Positions 9,310 to 17,870 of a stretch of DNA of 49,900 nucleotides are shown here, one piece after another. Source of the DNA: Weeksellaceae bacterium (lineage in GTDB: Bacteria > Bacteroidota > Bacteroidia > Flavobacteriales > Weeksellaceae); assembly GCA_022701545.1 (NCBI GenBank), contig JAKOOG010000235.1:1-49900 (forward strand). Reading direction: 5' to 3'. The first letter of the stretch is position 1. Each line of letters begins with the position of its first letter. The notes beneath the pieces are model-generated. The model was not told the DNA's origin, did no database searches, and worked only from the letters and a program-made list of their open reading frames with translations. The position numbers were made by a program, and so were the translations under genes.

Positions 9310-9834
9310 ATGAAATATTGTGCATTTCTCCGTGGCGTCAATGTAAAAGGAACCAACATGAAAATGGCCGAGGTCTGCCAGGTGTTCAGAGAGGCCGGGA
9401 TGGATGAAGTATCTTCGGTGCTCGCTTCGGGAAATGTTGTTTTTTCCTCGGATCAGAAACCCGATAACCTGAAAAAGATTCTTGAAGAAGCGATGTCGGA
9501 GCATTTCTCGTATGAAGCCTTTTTGTTCGTAAAATCACAGGATGAAATACAGAATTGTCTCAGCAATAATCCTTTCGGAAAAAATGAAGACTTGCATTCG
9601 TACATTTTTGTCGGAAACAATGGGATAGAAGAAATCTTAATGCAGGAGTTTGAAAATACTTCAAAAGCAGGAAAAGAAGCCGCAAAAATAATAGGTCACA
9701 CTTTTTACTGGCAGGTCCCGAAAGGCAATACTCTGGATTCCGGATTTGGTAAAATTCTGGGAAAGAAAAGCCTGAAAGACCAATTTACCAGCCGTAATGT
9801 GAATACGTTTGAAAAAATCCTGAAGAAATGTTAA
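9310..9834 (+). CDS. DUF1697 family protein
   Basis: YCAFLRGVNV, LASGNVVF and TSRNVNT motifs. Confidence 0.9.
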   Translation: MKYCAFLRGVNVKGTNMKMAEVCQVFREAGMDEVSSVLASGNVVFSSDQKPDNLKKILEEAMSEHFSYEAFLFVKSQDEIQNCLSNNPFGKNEDLHSYIFVGNNGIEEILMQEFENTSKAGKEAAKIIGHTFYWQVPKGNTLDSGFGKILGKKSLKDQFTSRNVNTFEKILKKC

Positions 9835-9865
9835 CAGCTAAAGAGAAAAGCTGGAGATTCTTTTT

Positions 9866-10024
9866 TTTAACATTACGATCAAAGATACTAATGAACAGAT
9901 AAAATCATTTGTTACCATATGAAAGAAAATCGAAGATTTTTTGAACCTTTGCGTACTGATCTAATGTAGTATAGGTAACTTAAATATGCAGGATCAATTT
10001 CTCTTGTGACTTTCGCGGTTAATA
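9866..10024. repeat. Degenerate long-hairpin / MITE-like intergenic element
   Basis: Central AAAATC-GAA-GATTTT (9926-9940) and flanking GTTACC/GGTAAC inverted arms. Confidence 0.4.
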
Positions 10025-10144
10025 AAATCTTTAACAAGCCGATAAAATATCGACTGTATCTGTGAGAGTAAAAAGATGATAGGGAAATAATTTCGCATTT
10101 ACGAACTTTCTCAGTATTTTTACTGAACTTTTAATTACCATAAA

Positions 10145-10954
10145 ATGATTCAGTATTTAGATAACATCCACCACAAAGATTCAAAAAACTTTTTCTTAAT
10201 TGCCGGGCCCTGCATCATCGAGGGCGAGGACATGGCACTGAAAATCGCGGAAAAAGTGGTGGAACTCACCAACAAATACAACATTCCCTATATTTTCAAA
10301 GGAAGCTTCAAAAAAGCCAACCGGAGCCGGGTGGATTCTTTTACGACCATCGGTGAAGAAAAATCGCTTGAAATCCTTAAAAAAGTAGGGGAGACTTTTA
10401 ATATTCCGACCACAACGGATATTCATGAAAACGAACATGCGGCTTTGGCCGCCCAATATGTGGATGTCTTGCAAATTCCCGCGTTTTTAGTTCGCCAGAC
10501 CGATCTTTTGGTTGCCGCGGCGCAAACCGGAAAATGTGTTTCCCTGAAAAAAGGACAGTTTCTTTCTCCTGAATCAATGAAATTTGCCGTTCAGAAAATT
10601 ACGGATTCCGATAACCCGAAAGTAGCAATTATCGAAAGAGGGAATTCTTTCGGATATACGGATCTGATTGTAGACTACAGAGGAATCCCGACCATGAGAA
10701 ATTATGCACCGGTGATTCTCGACGTTACCCATTCTTTACAGCAGCCGAACCAGAGTTCCGGGGTAACCGGCGGAAGGCCGGACCTGATCGAAACCGTGGC
10801 CAAAGCTGGAATCGCCGTCGGAGCAGACGGAATCTTTATTGAAACCCACCCGACGCCTGAAACCGCACTATCCGATGGCGCCAATATGCTGCGACTTGAT
10901 CTGCTGGAAGATCTTTTACAAAAATTAACCCGGGTAAGAGAAGCTATTCTGTAA
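10145..10954 (+). CDS. kdsA: 3-deoxy-8-phosphooctulonate (KDO8P) synthase
   Basis: IAGPC, KANRS, LQIPAFLVRQTDL, KKGQF, DVTHSLQ and SDG motifs. Confidence 0.97.
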   Translation: MIQYLDNIHHKDSKNFFLIAGPCIIEGEDMALKIAEKVVELTNKYNIPYIFKGSFKKANRSRVDSFTTIGEEKSLEILKKVGETFNIPTTTDIHENEHAALAAQYVDVLQIPAFLVRQTDLLVAAAQTGKCVSLKKGQFLSPESMKFAVQKITDSDNPKVAIIERGNSFGYTDLIVDYRGIPTMRNYAPVILDVTHSLQQPNQSSGVTGGRPDLIETVAKAGIAVGADGIFIETHPTPETALSDGANMLRLDLLEDLLQKLTRVREAIL

Positions 10955-11144
10955 GTTATTCGCTATTAAAAAAACTTATCTGAATTTTAACACCGGTTTG
11001 AACTGACAACAGTTTTTCCGTATGAAATAATCTTGAAAGTAAGGGAGATACTGCTGAAAATTGATGATTATAAATGTTAAGGAAAGTTTAAATAAGTTAA
11101 AATAAAATTTATATATTCACGTTTGAAATTTTAAAGCATTTCTT

Positions 11145-13391
11145 TTGAAAAAACTAGTTTTACCATTGAGCCTTATGGTTCCTGCATTAGTATTCTCCCA
11201 GGTAAGAAAAAAGAAGGATACTATGAAAACCGCAAGCATCGAAGAAGTCGTTTTTCAGAAAAGAGTAACGGGAAGCACCAACGACATGACGGCGGTGAAA
11301 ATTTCGGCTAAAGATGCAAAGAATGTGGCCAGTATCTCCGGAGGGATCGAAGGAATTCTGAAAACCCTGCCTTCCGTAAATTCCAATACGGAGCTGTCCT
11401 CACAATATATGGTTCGTGGCGGAAACTATGACGAAAACCTGATCTACATCAACGATATCGAAATCTACCGGCCTTTCCTGATCCGGAATTCCCAGCAGGA
11501 AGGTCTGAGCATCATCAATCCGGATATGGTCTCCACCGTAAACTTTTCGGCCGGAGGATTTGAACCGAGGTACGGCGATAAAATGTCTTCAGCACTGAAC
11601 ATCTACTACCGCGAACCTGAAAAATTTGAGGTGGCCGGCGAAGGAAGCTTAATCGGCGGAAGGCTGACGACCGGTTTTGCCGCAGGAAAAGACAGTGAGG
11701 GAAACCGGAAATTTACCGCATTGTTTTCCGGAAGATACCGCAATACCAATCTTGTCCTCAATACCTTAAAAGAAGATACGGATTTCAATCCGAAGTATAT
11801 GGATTTCCAGACGTATCTCAATTACCATTTCAGTCCGAAACTCACCATGTCGTTCATCGGATACTACTCGAAGAACGATTATGAAATGATCCCTAAAGAA
11901 AGAAGCATCGACTTCGGTTCCTTGCAGCAGCCGATCAACCTTACCGTAAATTACGGCGGCCGTGAGGATGATAAATATAAAAATATGATGGGAACATTCT
12001 CCCTGAATTTCAAACCTTCGGATAAATGGAGGTTTACATTGGATGCTTTTGCCTACCAGAATAGGGAGCGGGAATATTATTCCATCGCTTCAGCTTATGT
12101 GCTGCAGACCTTTGATCCCGTAACGGGAGCACCCGTTACTTCTTACGATACCGGAGGCCAGATCGAGCATGCCCGGAATGACCTTTTTGTAAAGACCTAC
12201 GGAACCCAGGCCAGGGCCAGGTTTTCACCGAACGTGAATACCGATATCGAAGTAGGATTCAAATACGAAAAAGAAAATCTTAAAGACCTGACCAATGAAT
12301 GGAAACTCGTGGATTCTGCAGGATACAGCACGCCAATTTCGGCACTTCTGGATCCGAGGAACCCGCCGGATCTGGATTTATACTACAACATTTCAGGGAA
12401 AAATGATATACAGCCCACCAGAATGTCTGCCTATGCCCAGTATTCCCAGAAATTCTTTTGGGGGAGCAACAAAGTCTTTGTAAATGCAGGGGCAAGAGTA
12501 GCGCACTGGAGCTTTAACAACGAAACTATTTTCTCTCCGCGGGCCCAGTTTGCCATCAAGCCGGATTGGGATTCCGATATGCTGTTCAGGCTTTCGGGAG
12601 GAATCTATTACCAGGCGCCGTTCTATAAGGAAATAAAAGACCTGGACGGGAATTTCAACCCGAATATCAAATCCCAGCGTTCCATTCAGGCGATCCTGGC
12701 GAATGATTATGAATTCCGTATGTACGACCGGCCGTTTAAGCTGACCACGGAATTGTATTATAAGAAAATGGACGACCTGATTCCTTATTTTATGGATAAC
12801 GTGAGGATCCGTTATTCCGGTAAAAACAATGCAACCGGATCGGCTTACGGGATCGATACCCGCCTGTTCGGGGAATTTGTTCCAGGCGTCGATTCCTGGC
12901 TGTCCGCAAGTTACGCCCGGGTATATGAAAACATCGAAGGAAGAGGAGATATCCCGAGACCTACCGACCAGAGGCTCCGTTTCGCCATGTTCTACCAGGA
13001 TTATATGCCGAAATTCCCTAAGATGCGGGTGAACTTAACCCTGGTTTATGCCATGGGATTGCCTACCGGATCGCCGATCGTGCTGGATGAAAACCGGAAG
13101 ATCGATTATTTCGCAGGGTATTCCTACCAGAAAACGCTGCCTTCTTACAAAAGAGTGGATTTGGGACTGTCTTATGCATTCATAGAGCCGAAAGAAAAAA
13201 ACACTGCTTATGGTTTCTGGGGGAATTTTGACGAGCTGACGCTTGGCGTACAGGTTTTCAATGCTTTCAACATCAGGAATACGGTAGCCAACCAATGGAT
13301 CACCGATGCCAACACCAACCTGATGTATCCGGTTCCGGTTCGTCTGACAGGCCGTTTTTTCAACGTCAAGCTTGAATTCAGAATCAAATAA
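11145..13391 (+). CDS. TonB-dependent receptor (plug plus beta-barrel)
   Basis: Signal peptide; plug motif VRGGNYDEN...FSAGGFEPRYGDKMSS; barrel C-terminus FNAFN...GRFFNVKLEFRIK. Confidence 0.88.
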   Translation: MKKLVLPLSLMVPALVFSQVRKKKDTMKTASIEEVVFQKRVTGSTNDMTAVKISAKDAKNVASISGGIEGILKTLPSVNSNTELSSQYMVRGGNYDENLIYINDIEIYRPFLIRNSQQEGLSIINPDMVSTVNFSAGGFEPRYGDKMSSALNIYYREPEKFEVAGEGSLIGGRLTTGFAAGKDSEGNRKFTALFSGRYRNTNLVLNTLKEDTDFNPKYMDFQTYLNYHFSPKLTMSFIGYYSKNDYEMIPKERSIDFGSLQQPINLTVNYGGREDDKYKNMMGTFSLNFKPSDKWRFTLDAFAYQNREREYYSIASAYVLQTFDPVTGAPVTSYDTGGQIEHARNDLFVKTYGTQARARFSPNVNTDIEVGFKYEKENLKDLTNEWKLVDSAGYSTPISALLDPRNPPDLDLYYNISGKNDIQPTRMSAYAQYSQKFFWGSNKVFVNAGARVAHWSFNNETIFSPRAQFAIKPDWDSDMLFRLSGGIYYQAPFYKEIKDLDGNFNPNIKSQRSIQAILANDYEFRMYDRPFKLTTELYYKKMDDLIPYFMDNVRIRYSGKNNATGSAYGIDTRLFGEFVPGVDSWLSASYARVYENIEGRGDIPRPTDQRLRFAMFYQDYMPKFPKMRVNLTLVYAMGLPTGSPIVLDENRKIDYFAGYSYQKTLPSYKRVDLGLSYAFIEPKEKNTAYGFWGNFDELTLGVQVFNAFNIRNTVANQWITDANTNLMYPVPVRLTGRFFNVKLEFRIK

Positions 13392-13442
13392 ATTAAATGA
13401 CGGATCGATCCATATTCTGTCAGTTTTAAACAGATCATACAT

Positions 13443-13470
13443 AAACTCCTGAAATCATCGGGAGTTTTTT
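13443..13470 (+). terminator. Intrinsic terminator after the TonB-dependent receptor
   Basis: AAACTCCTGA...TCGGGAGTTTTTT hairpin with T tail. Confidence 0.7.
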
Positions 13471-13479
13471 CTTTTCCGG

Positions 13480-13539
13480 ATTTTGTAACAACAATACGTA
13501 ATTTTATAACACAGATACCACAGATAATTTTTAACTTTG
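13480..13539 (+). promoter_or_regulatory. Putative AraC direct-repeat site plus -7 element for the copper operon
   Basis: ATTTTGTAACA (13480-13490) and ATTTTATAACA (13501-13511) at 21-bp spacing; TAACTTTG at 13532-13539. Confidence 0.6.
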
Positions 13540-13544
13540 TTCCC

Positions 13545-13922
13545 GTGAAAAAGATTCTTGCCATATTGTTCTCTGTTTTCTACTTCGGATTTTCTTCCGG
13601 AGCGGTATTCAGTGTCCATTATTGCATGAATGAATTGGCGTCCGTAAGCCGTAAAGGGGAAGACGTTTGCAGCAAATGCGGGGTTAAAGCAAAAAAAGAC
13701 TGCTGCAAAACTGAGATCAAAGTTGTAAAAGTTGGCGATTCCCAGAAATCGGATTTCCTTAAAATTGATTTAATGAAAGAACTCCGGGAAGTTTTCCGAC
13801 CCGAAATTTTTGTAACCGACCGGTCTTTTTCCAACTCAAAATTCACTCAGATCCGGATCAATGCACCGCCTGAAATCCGCCCGGTCCCTATTTTTATTAC
13901 CCATTGTCATTTTAGGATTTAG
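13545..13922 (+). CDS. HYC_CC_PP family exported Cys-rich protein (putative metal-sensing leader peptide)
   Basis: Signal peptide, HYC, CSKC, DCC, INAPP and C-terminal HCHFRI; first gene of a heavy-metal operon. Confidence 0.8.
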   Translation: MKKILAILFSVFYFGFSSGAVFSVHYCMNELASVSRKGEDVCSKCGVKAKKDCCKTEIKVVKVGDSQKSDFLKIDLMKELREVFRPEIFVTDRSFSNSKFTQIRINAPPEIRPVPIFITHCHFRI

Positions 13923-14156
13923 AATCGGTTAGTCGTCTTGATGATCATCAATTAAATTTTCTCCGGGAGAAACAAAAGATTTTTTGTGACCATGCTTTAC
14001 CCGACCTGCCAGGTTTACCAGATCAGCCAGGTTTTTTAAACAGCATCATCCGTGAAAATCAGTTCGATCCGTTGAATATCATCACAACGACACGCTCTGT
14101 CGCATTATGCGATTTTAAACCGTTATTAAAAAATAATCCTAAAATTTAAAACAATG
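13902..14156 (+). promoter_or_regulatory. Long-range mRNA stem sequestering the initiation region and AUG of the DUF3347 gene
   Basis: CATTGT(13902-07)/ACAATG(14151-56); ATTTTAGGATT(13909-19)/AATCCTAAAAT(14135-45); CGGTT(13926-30)/AACCG(14118-22). Confidence 0.65.
14003..14033. repeat. Degenerate REP-like element
   Basis: GACCTGCCAGGTTT-ACCA-GATCAGCCAGGTTT, same layout as the palindrome at 17754-17787. Confidence 0.4.
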
Positions 14157-14627
14157 AAAAAATATATCATCACTGCCGTATTCTCTTTATTTTCAATTAT
14201 TTCTATCTCTGCACAGTCTAAAAAAGATGCTCAGGTTTCCAGACTTTACCAGAATTACATCGCTATAAAATCAGCTTTGGCTTCCGATGATGCCGATAAA
14301 ACTTCAAAAGCGGCAACTGAATTCATTAAAACCGCTTCTGCCATCGATTACAAAAAAGTTTCGGAAGGAAACCTGGATATACTCAGAAAAGATGCGACTG
14401 CCATTTCAGAAGCCCGGAATATCAGCACGCAACGTGAGACCTTTACAAACCTTTCAGATAATATGATTGCTTTGGCTAAAGAATATAAACTTTCAGAAAA
14501 CCCGGTCTATGTTCAGTACTGCCCGATGGCAGACAGCAGCTGGCTGAGCGACGAATCGAAGATTGCCAATCCATATTACGGAAAGTCCATGCTTACCTGC
14601 GGAAATGTAAAGTCTACCCTTAAATAA
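14154..14627 (+). CDS. DUF3347 periplasmic metal-associated protein
   Basis: Signal peptide; YIAIKSAL, YCPMA..SWLS and NPYYGKSMLTCG motifs. Confidence 0.88.
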   Translation: MKKYIITAVFSLFSIISISAQSKKDAQVSRLYQNYIAIKSALASDDADKTSKAATEFIKTASAIDYKKVSEGNLDILRKDATAISEARNISTQRETFTNLSDNMIALAKEYKLSENPVYVQYCPMADSSWLSDESKIANPYYGKSMLTCGNVKSTLK

Positions 14628-14653
14628 CCCTTTTATCCTACCTAAGATTGACT

Positions 14654-14777
14654 GTTGTAAAGACTGTGGAAAAGGACTTTATCGTTTGTCGGTAGAAATC
14701 TTTGCTGACACCTATTTTTTCACTTTAAAATTAAAGTGTAAGAAGTCAAGTAAATTTGTTTATCCAGACTTTACAAC
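14654..14777. other. Multi-stem intergenic structure (RNA element or MITE remnant)
   Basis: Outer inverted repeat GTTGTAAAGACTG/CAGACTTTACAAC enclosing GACTT/AAGTC and two hairpins (14687-14710, 14721-14738). Confidence 0.45.
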
Positions 14778-14793
14778 CATTTTCTTAATCAAT

Positions 14794-14932
14794 TTAACTG
14801 CAAAGCCGCAAATGCTTTTTTGAATGATATTGAGATAATCAAAACCTTCAAAAGGCGAATTCTGATTTTCTGCTCTTTTAGGCGTTATCATTCAACCTTA
14901 AAAAAGATTATTTTTTTGTTGCTTTTGCAGTT
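14794..14932. repeat. Long imperfect inverted-repeat (MITE-like) element
   Basis: AACTGCAAAG/CTTTTGCAGTT ends; perfect inner TTGAATGATA(14820-29)/TATCATTCAA(14886-95). Confidence 0.5.
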
Positions 14933-14952
14933 CAATAAAACGACGGAATATT

Positions 14953-17712
14953 ATGAAAAAATTCATCTTATTTCTGTTGTTCTTATTTTCTGTTTTCAGT
15001 TTTTCCCAAACTGCAAAAACCTATTTTACCTGTCCGATGCATCCGGAAGTGGTGTCATCTAAACCGGGAGACTGCCCGAAATGCGGCATGACCCTAGTGA
15101 AAAAGACGGCGGCAGTTAAATCCAAAACGGTGATAAAATCACTGGCCAAACCGGCTCCGAAAACAGAAATCAAAACAACGGAAATTAAAAAGAAACCGGC
15201 AACGAAGAAAGAAGCCTATAGCAAAAAGGCTGCTGGTCCAAAAGATAAAATCCGGAAGGAAAAATCATCCGTACCGACAGCTCAACATCAGGTTCACGTA
15301 CGGCATGAGAAAAAGTATACCTGCCCGATGCATCCGGAAGTGATTTCCGGCAAACCCGGAAAATGCCCCAGATGCGGAATGGATTTAGTAGAAACCGAAA
15401 ATCAGACTGAGCCGGATCCTGAAACTGAAACCCGTAATTCTGTGCTAAAAAAGAATACGTCGAATGGAAAAATAAGCTTTGGCGGCAGAACGGTTCGCTA
15501 TGATTTATATGTAAAAGATACCATCGTTAATTTTACCGGAAAAAACCGTCGGGCCATTGCGGTAAACGGAAAGCTTCAGGCTCCGACTCTATATTTTACG
15601 GAAGGCGATACCGCGGAAATTTACCTTCATAATGGACTGAAGGAAAATACGGGTTTCCACTGGCACGGAGTTATCTTGCCTAATGAATTCGACGGTGTGC
15701 CTTATCTGACGACTAAGCCGGTGAAACCTGGAGAAACGCACCGCTATAAATTCAGGGTGTCACAGAATGGAACCTATTGGTACCATTCCCATGAAAGCCT
15801 GCAGGAGCAGATCGGCATGAATGGGATACTGGTTTTCAGGAAAAGAGAAGGAAATCCAGGTACCGGCTATTCCCGTGAAATTCCTGTATTGCTGGGAGAA
15901 TGGACGAATGAAAATCCGGGACAGATCGCCCGGCGGCTTCACATGGCCAATACCGATTGGTATGCCATTAAAAAAAATGCCGTACAGAGTTATGGCGAAG
16001 CCCTGAAATCCGGAAATTTCAGAACCAAGCTGCTGAACGAATGGAAGAGGATGGAGGCAATGGATGTAAGCGATGTGTATTACGACCGGTTTCTTATCAA
16101 CGGGCAGCCGAGTTCAGTTTATGCAGATGTAAAAGCAGGTGATAAAGTTCGGTTGAGGGTAGCCAATGGCGGTTCTTCTACGTATTTCTGGCTGAATTTC
16201 GGAGGCGGAAAGATAAAGGTAGTAGCCAATGACGGCAATGATGTGGTTCCCGTAGAGGTCGACCGTCTGATCGTCGGGGTTTCTGAAACCTATGATATTG
16301 AAGTCACCATTCCGGAAAATAAAAGCTTTGAATTTCGCGCGACTTCTGAAGACCGGATCGGGCATGCGTCGCTTTGGCTCGGATCGGGAGAGAAAGTGGA
16401 AGCTCCGGATCTGCCCCGCCTCATGCTTTTTGAAGGGATGAAAATGATGAACGGCATGATGAGCATCAGCGGAAACATGAAGCCGATGAATATGACGATG
16501 GGCAACCAGATGATGGATATGAATGAAGTCATGTATCCCGAACTTTCCGGAACCCAGCGGAAAATGACCATGAAACATATGAACGAAATGATGGGCGTCA
16601 AAGAAGAGGATACCGAAAATGAAAATCATTCCAATCATTCGGCAATGAACCTACCCGCAGAAAAAGCTATCAAAAGATTGTCCTACAACATGCTGAAATC
16701 TCCTGAGAAAACCATTCTGCCTTCTGAGAATGTACGGGAACTTAAATTTACGCTGGAAGGGAATATGAACCACTATTTATGGACGCTTGATAATAAAACC
16801 GTTACGGAAACGGATAAAATTCTGGTCAGGAAAGGGGAAATCCTGCGGATCACGATGTACAACAATTCCATGATGCGCCACCCGATGCACCTTCACGGCC
16901 ATGATTTCCGCCTGATCAATGCAAAAGGAGAATATTCGCCATTGAAAAATGTAGTGGATATTATGCCGATGGAAACCGATACGATCGAGTTTGCGGCCAA
17001 TCAGGACGGCGACTGGTTCTTCCACTGCCATATTCTGTACCACATGATGGCCGGAATGGGAAGGGTGTTCAGCTACGAAAATTCTGCACCGAATCCTCAG
17101 TTACCGGATAAAAAGCTGGCGTGGAGAAACTTTATGAAAGACAACCGGATGATCAGTTCCATGGCCATGCTGGATGTCAATTCCAATAAGCTCCATGCAG
17201 AAACCATGACGATGTTCGGACCAAGATGGACCAACCTGAACGAATTTCACTCCAACTGGGATTTCAATCATTTTGACGGAAATTTCAAAGTGGGAAGATT
17301 CCTGGGAAAATTCCAGTGGGCGCTGCCTTATGCGGGATTTAGGATTCAGAACAACCATGAGATCATGGAACGGCAGATGGCGAAAGCGATGGGCATGGAT
17401 TTTCATGGAAGGAGAACATGGTTCGGACAGCAGAAGGCTTCGAAAACAAAAGGCGCATTGACTGTCGGTATGCAATACCTGTTGCCAATGCTGATCACCG
17501 CTGATGCCAGCGTCGATCAGAATGGGAAAGTCCTGCTGGAGTTTCAAAGGGAGGATATTCCGATTTCAAGAAGATTAAGAGGAAATTTCACCCTGAATTC
17601 CGACGGAGAATTTTCAACGGGTTTGCGGTACATCCTCCAAAAATGGCTTTCGGTATCCGGAAATTACGATAACGAAATGGGCTGGGGTGCCGGAGTTACT
17701 TTGATGTATTGA
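14953..17712 (+). CDS. Multicopper oxidase (CopA/PcoA family) with two N-terminal heavy-metal-binding repeats and a C-terminal beta-barrel-like domain
   Basis: HWHG, WYHSH, HPMHLHGH and HCHILYHMMAGM copper motifs; two TCPMHP..CPxCGMxL repeats; Met-rich insert. Confidence 0.92.
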   Translation: MKKFILFLLFLFSVFSFSQTAKTYFTCPMHPEVVSSKPGDCPKCGMTLVKKTAAVKSKTVIKSLAKPAPKTEIKTTEIKKKPATKKEAYSKKAAGPKDKIRKEKSSVPTAQHQVHVRHEKKYTCPMHPEVISGKPGKCPRCGMDLVETENQTEPDPETETRNSVLKKNTSNGKISFGGRTVRYDLYVKDTIVNFTGKNRRAIAVNGKLQAPTLYFTEGDTAEIYLHNGLKENTGFHWHGVILPNEFDGVPYLTTKPVKPGETHRYKFRVSQNGTYWYHSHESLQEQIGMNGILVFRKREGNPGTGYSREIPVLLGEWTNENPGQIARRLHMANTDWYAIKKNAVQSYGEALKSGNFRTKLLNEWKRMEAMDVSDVYYDRFLINGQPSSVYADVKAGDKVRLRVANGGSSTYFWLNFGGGKIKVVANDGNDVVPVEVDRLIVGVSETYDIEVTIPENKSFEFRATSEDRIGHASLWLGSGEKVEAPDLPRLMLFEGMKMMNGMMSISGNMKPMNMTMGNQMMDMNEVMYPELSGTQRKMTMKHMNEMMGVKEEDTENENHSNHSAMNLPAEKAIKRLSYNMLKSPEKTILPSENVRELKFTLEGNMNHYLWTLDNKTVTETDKILVRKGEILRITMYNNSMMRHPMHLHGHDFRLINAKGEYSPLKNVVDIMPMETDTIEFAANQDGDWFFHCHILYHMMAGMGRVFSYENSAPNPQLPDKKLAWRNFMKDNRMISSMAMLDVNSNKLHAETMTMFGPRWTNLNEFHSNWDFNHFDGNFKVGRFLGKFQWALPYAGFRIQNNHEIMERQMAKAMGMDFHGRRTWFGQQKASKTKGALTVGMQYLLPMLITADASVDQNGKVLLEFQREDIPISRRLRGNFTLNSDGEFSTGLRYILQKWLSVSGNYDNEMGWGAGVTLMY

Positions 17713-17753
17713 TTTACGATTCAATAATCAGAATCTTTTCCAATAGACCGATC

Positions 17754-17787
17754 AAACTTCATAGGTTTTCAGAAACCTATGAGGTTT
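17754..17787. repeat. REP-like palindrome
   Basis: AAACTTCATAGGTTT-TCAG-AAACCTATGAGGTTT. Confidence 0.65.
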
Positions 17788-17795
17788 ATAAGCAA

Positions 17796-17836
17796 TAAAA
17801 AACCAGCTGCCAGAAAAATTGGACAGCTGGTTTTAT
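17796..17836. terminator. Bidirectional terminator between convergent genes
   Basis: AAAACCAGCTG...CAGCTGGTTTT. Confidence 0.75.
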
Positions 17837-17870
17837 TTTAATTGCCATTGAATCTCCCTGCCAAGCAGAT

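Noticed and set aside
11145-13391. TonB-dependent receptor as a member of the copper operon
   Set aside because: A terminator follows it, it lacks the direct-repeat box, and it has no evident Met/His/Cys copper motifs
14820-15062. 80-aa ORF upstream of the multicopper oxidase
   Set aside because: Reads through a palindromic repeat and overlaps the real CDS out of frame
16114-16638. His-rich 174-aa antisense ORF
   Set aside because: CAT codons are the mirror of ATG codons in the Met-rich oxidase segment
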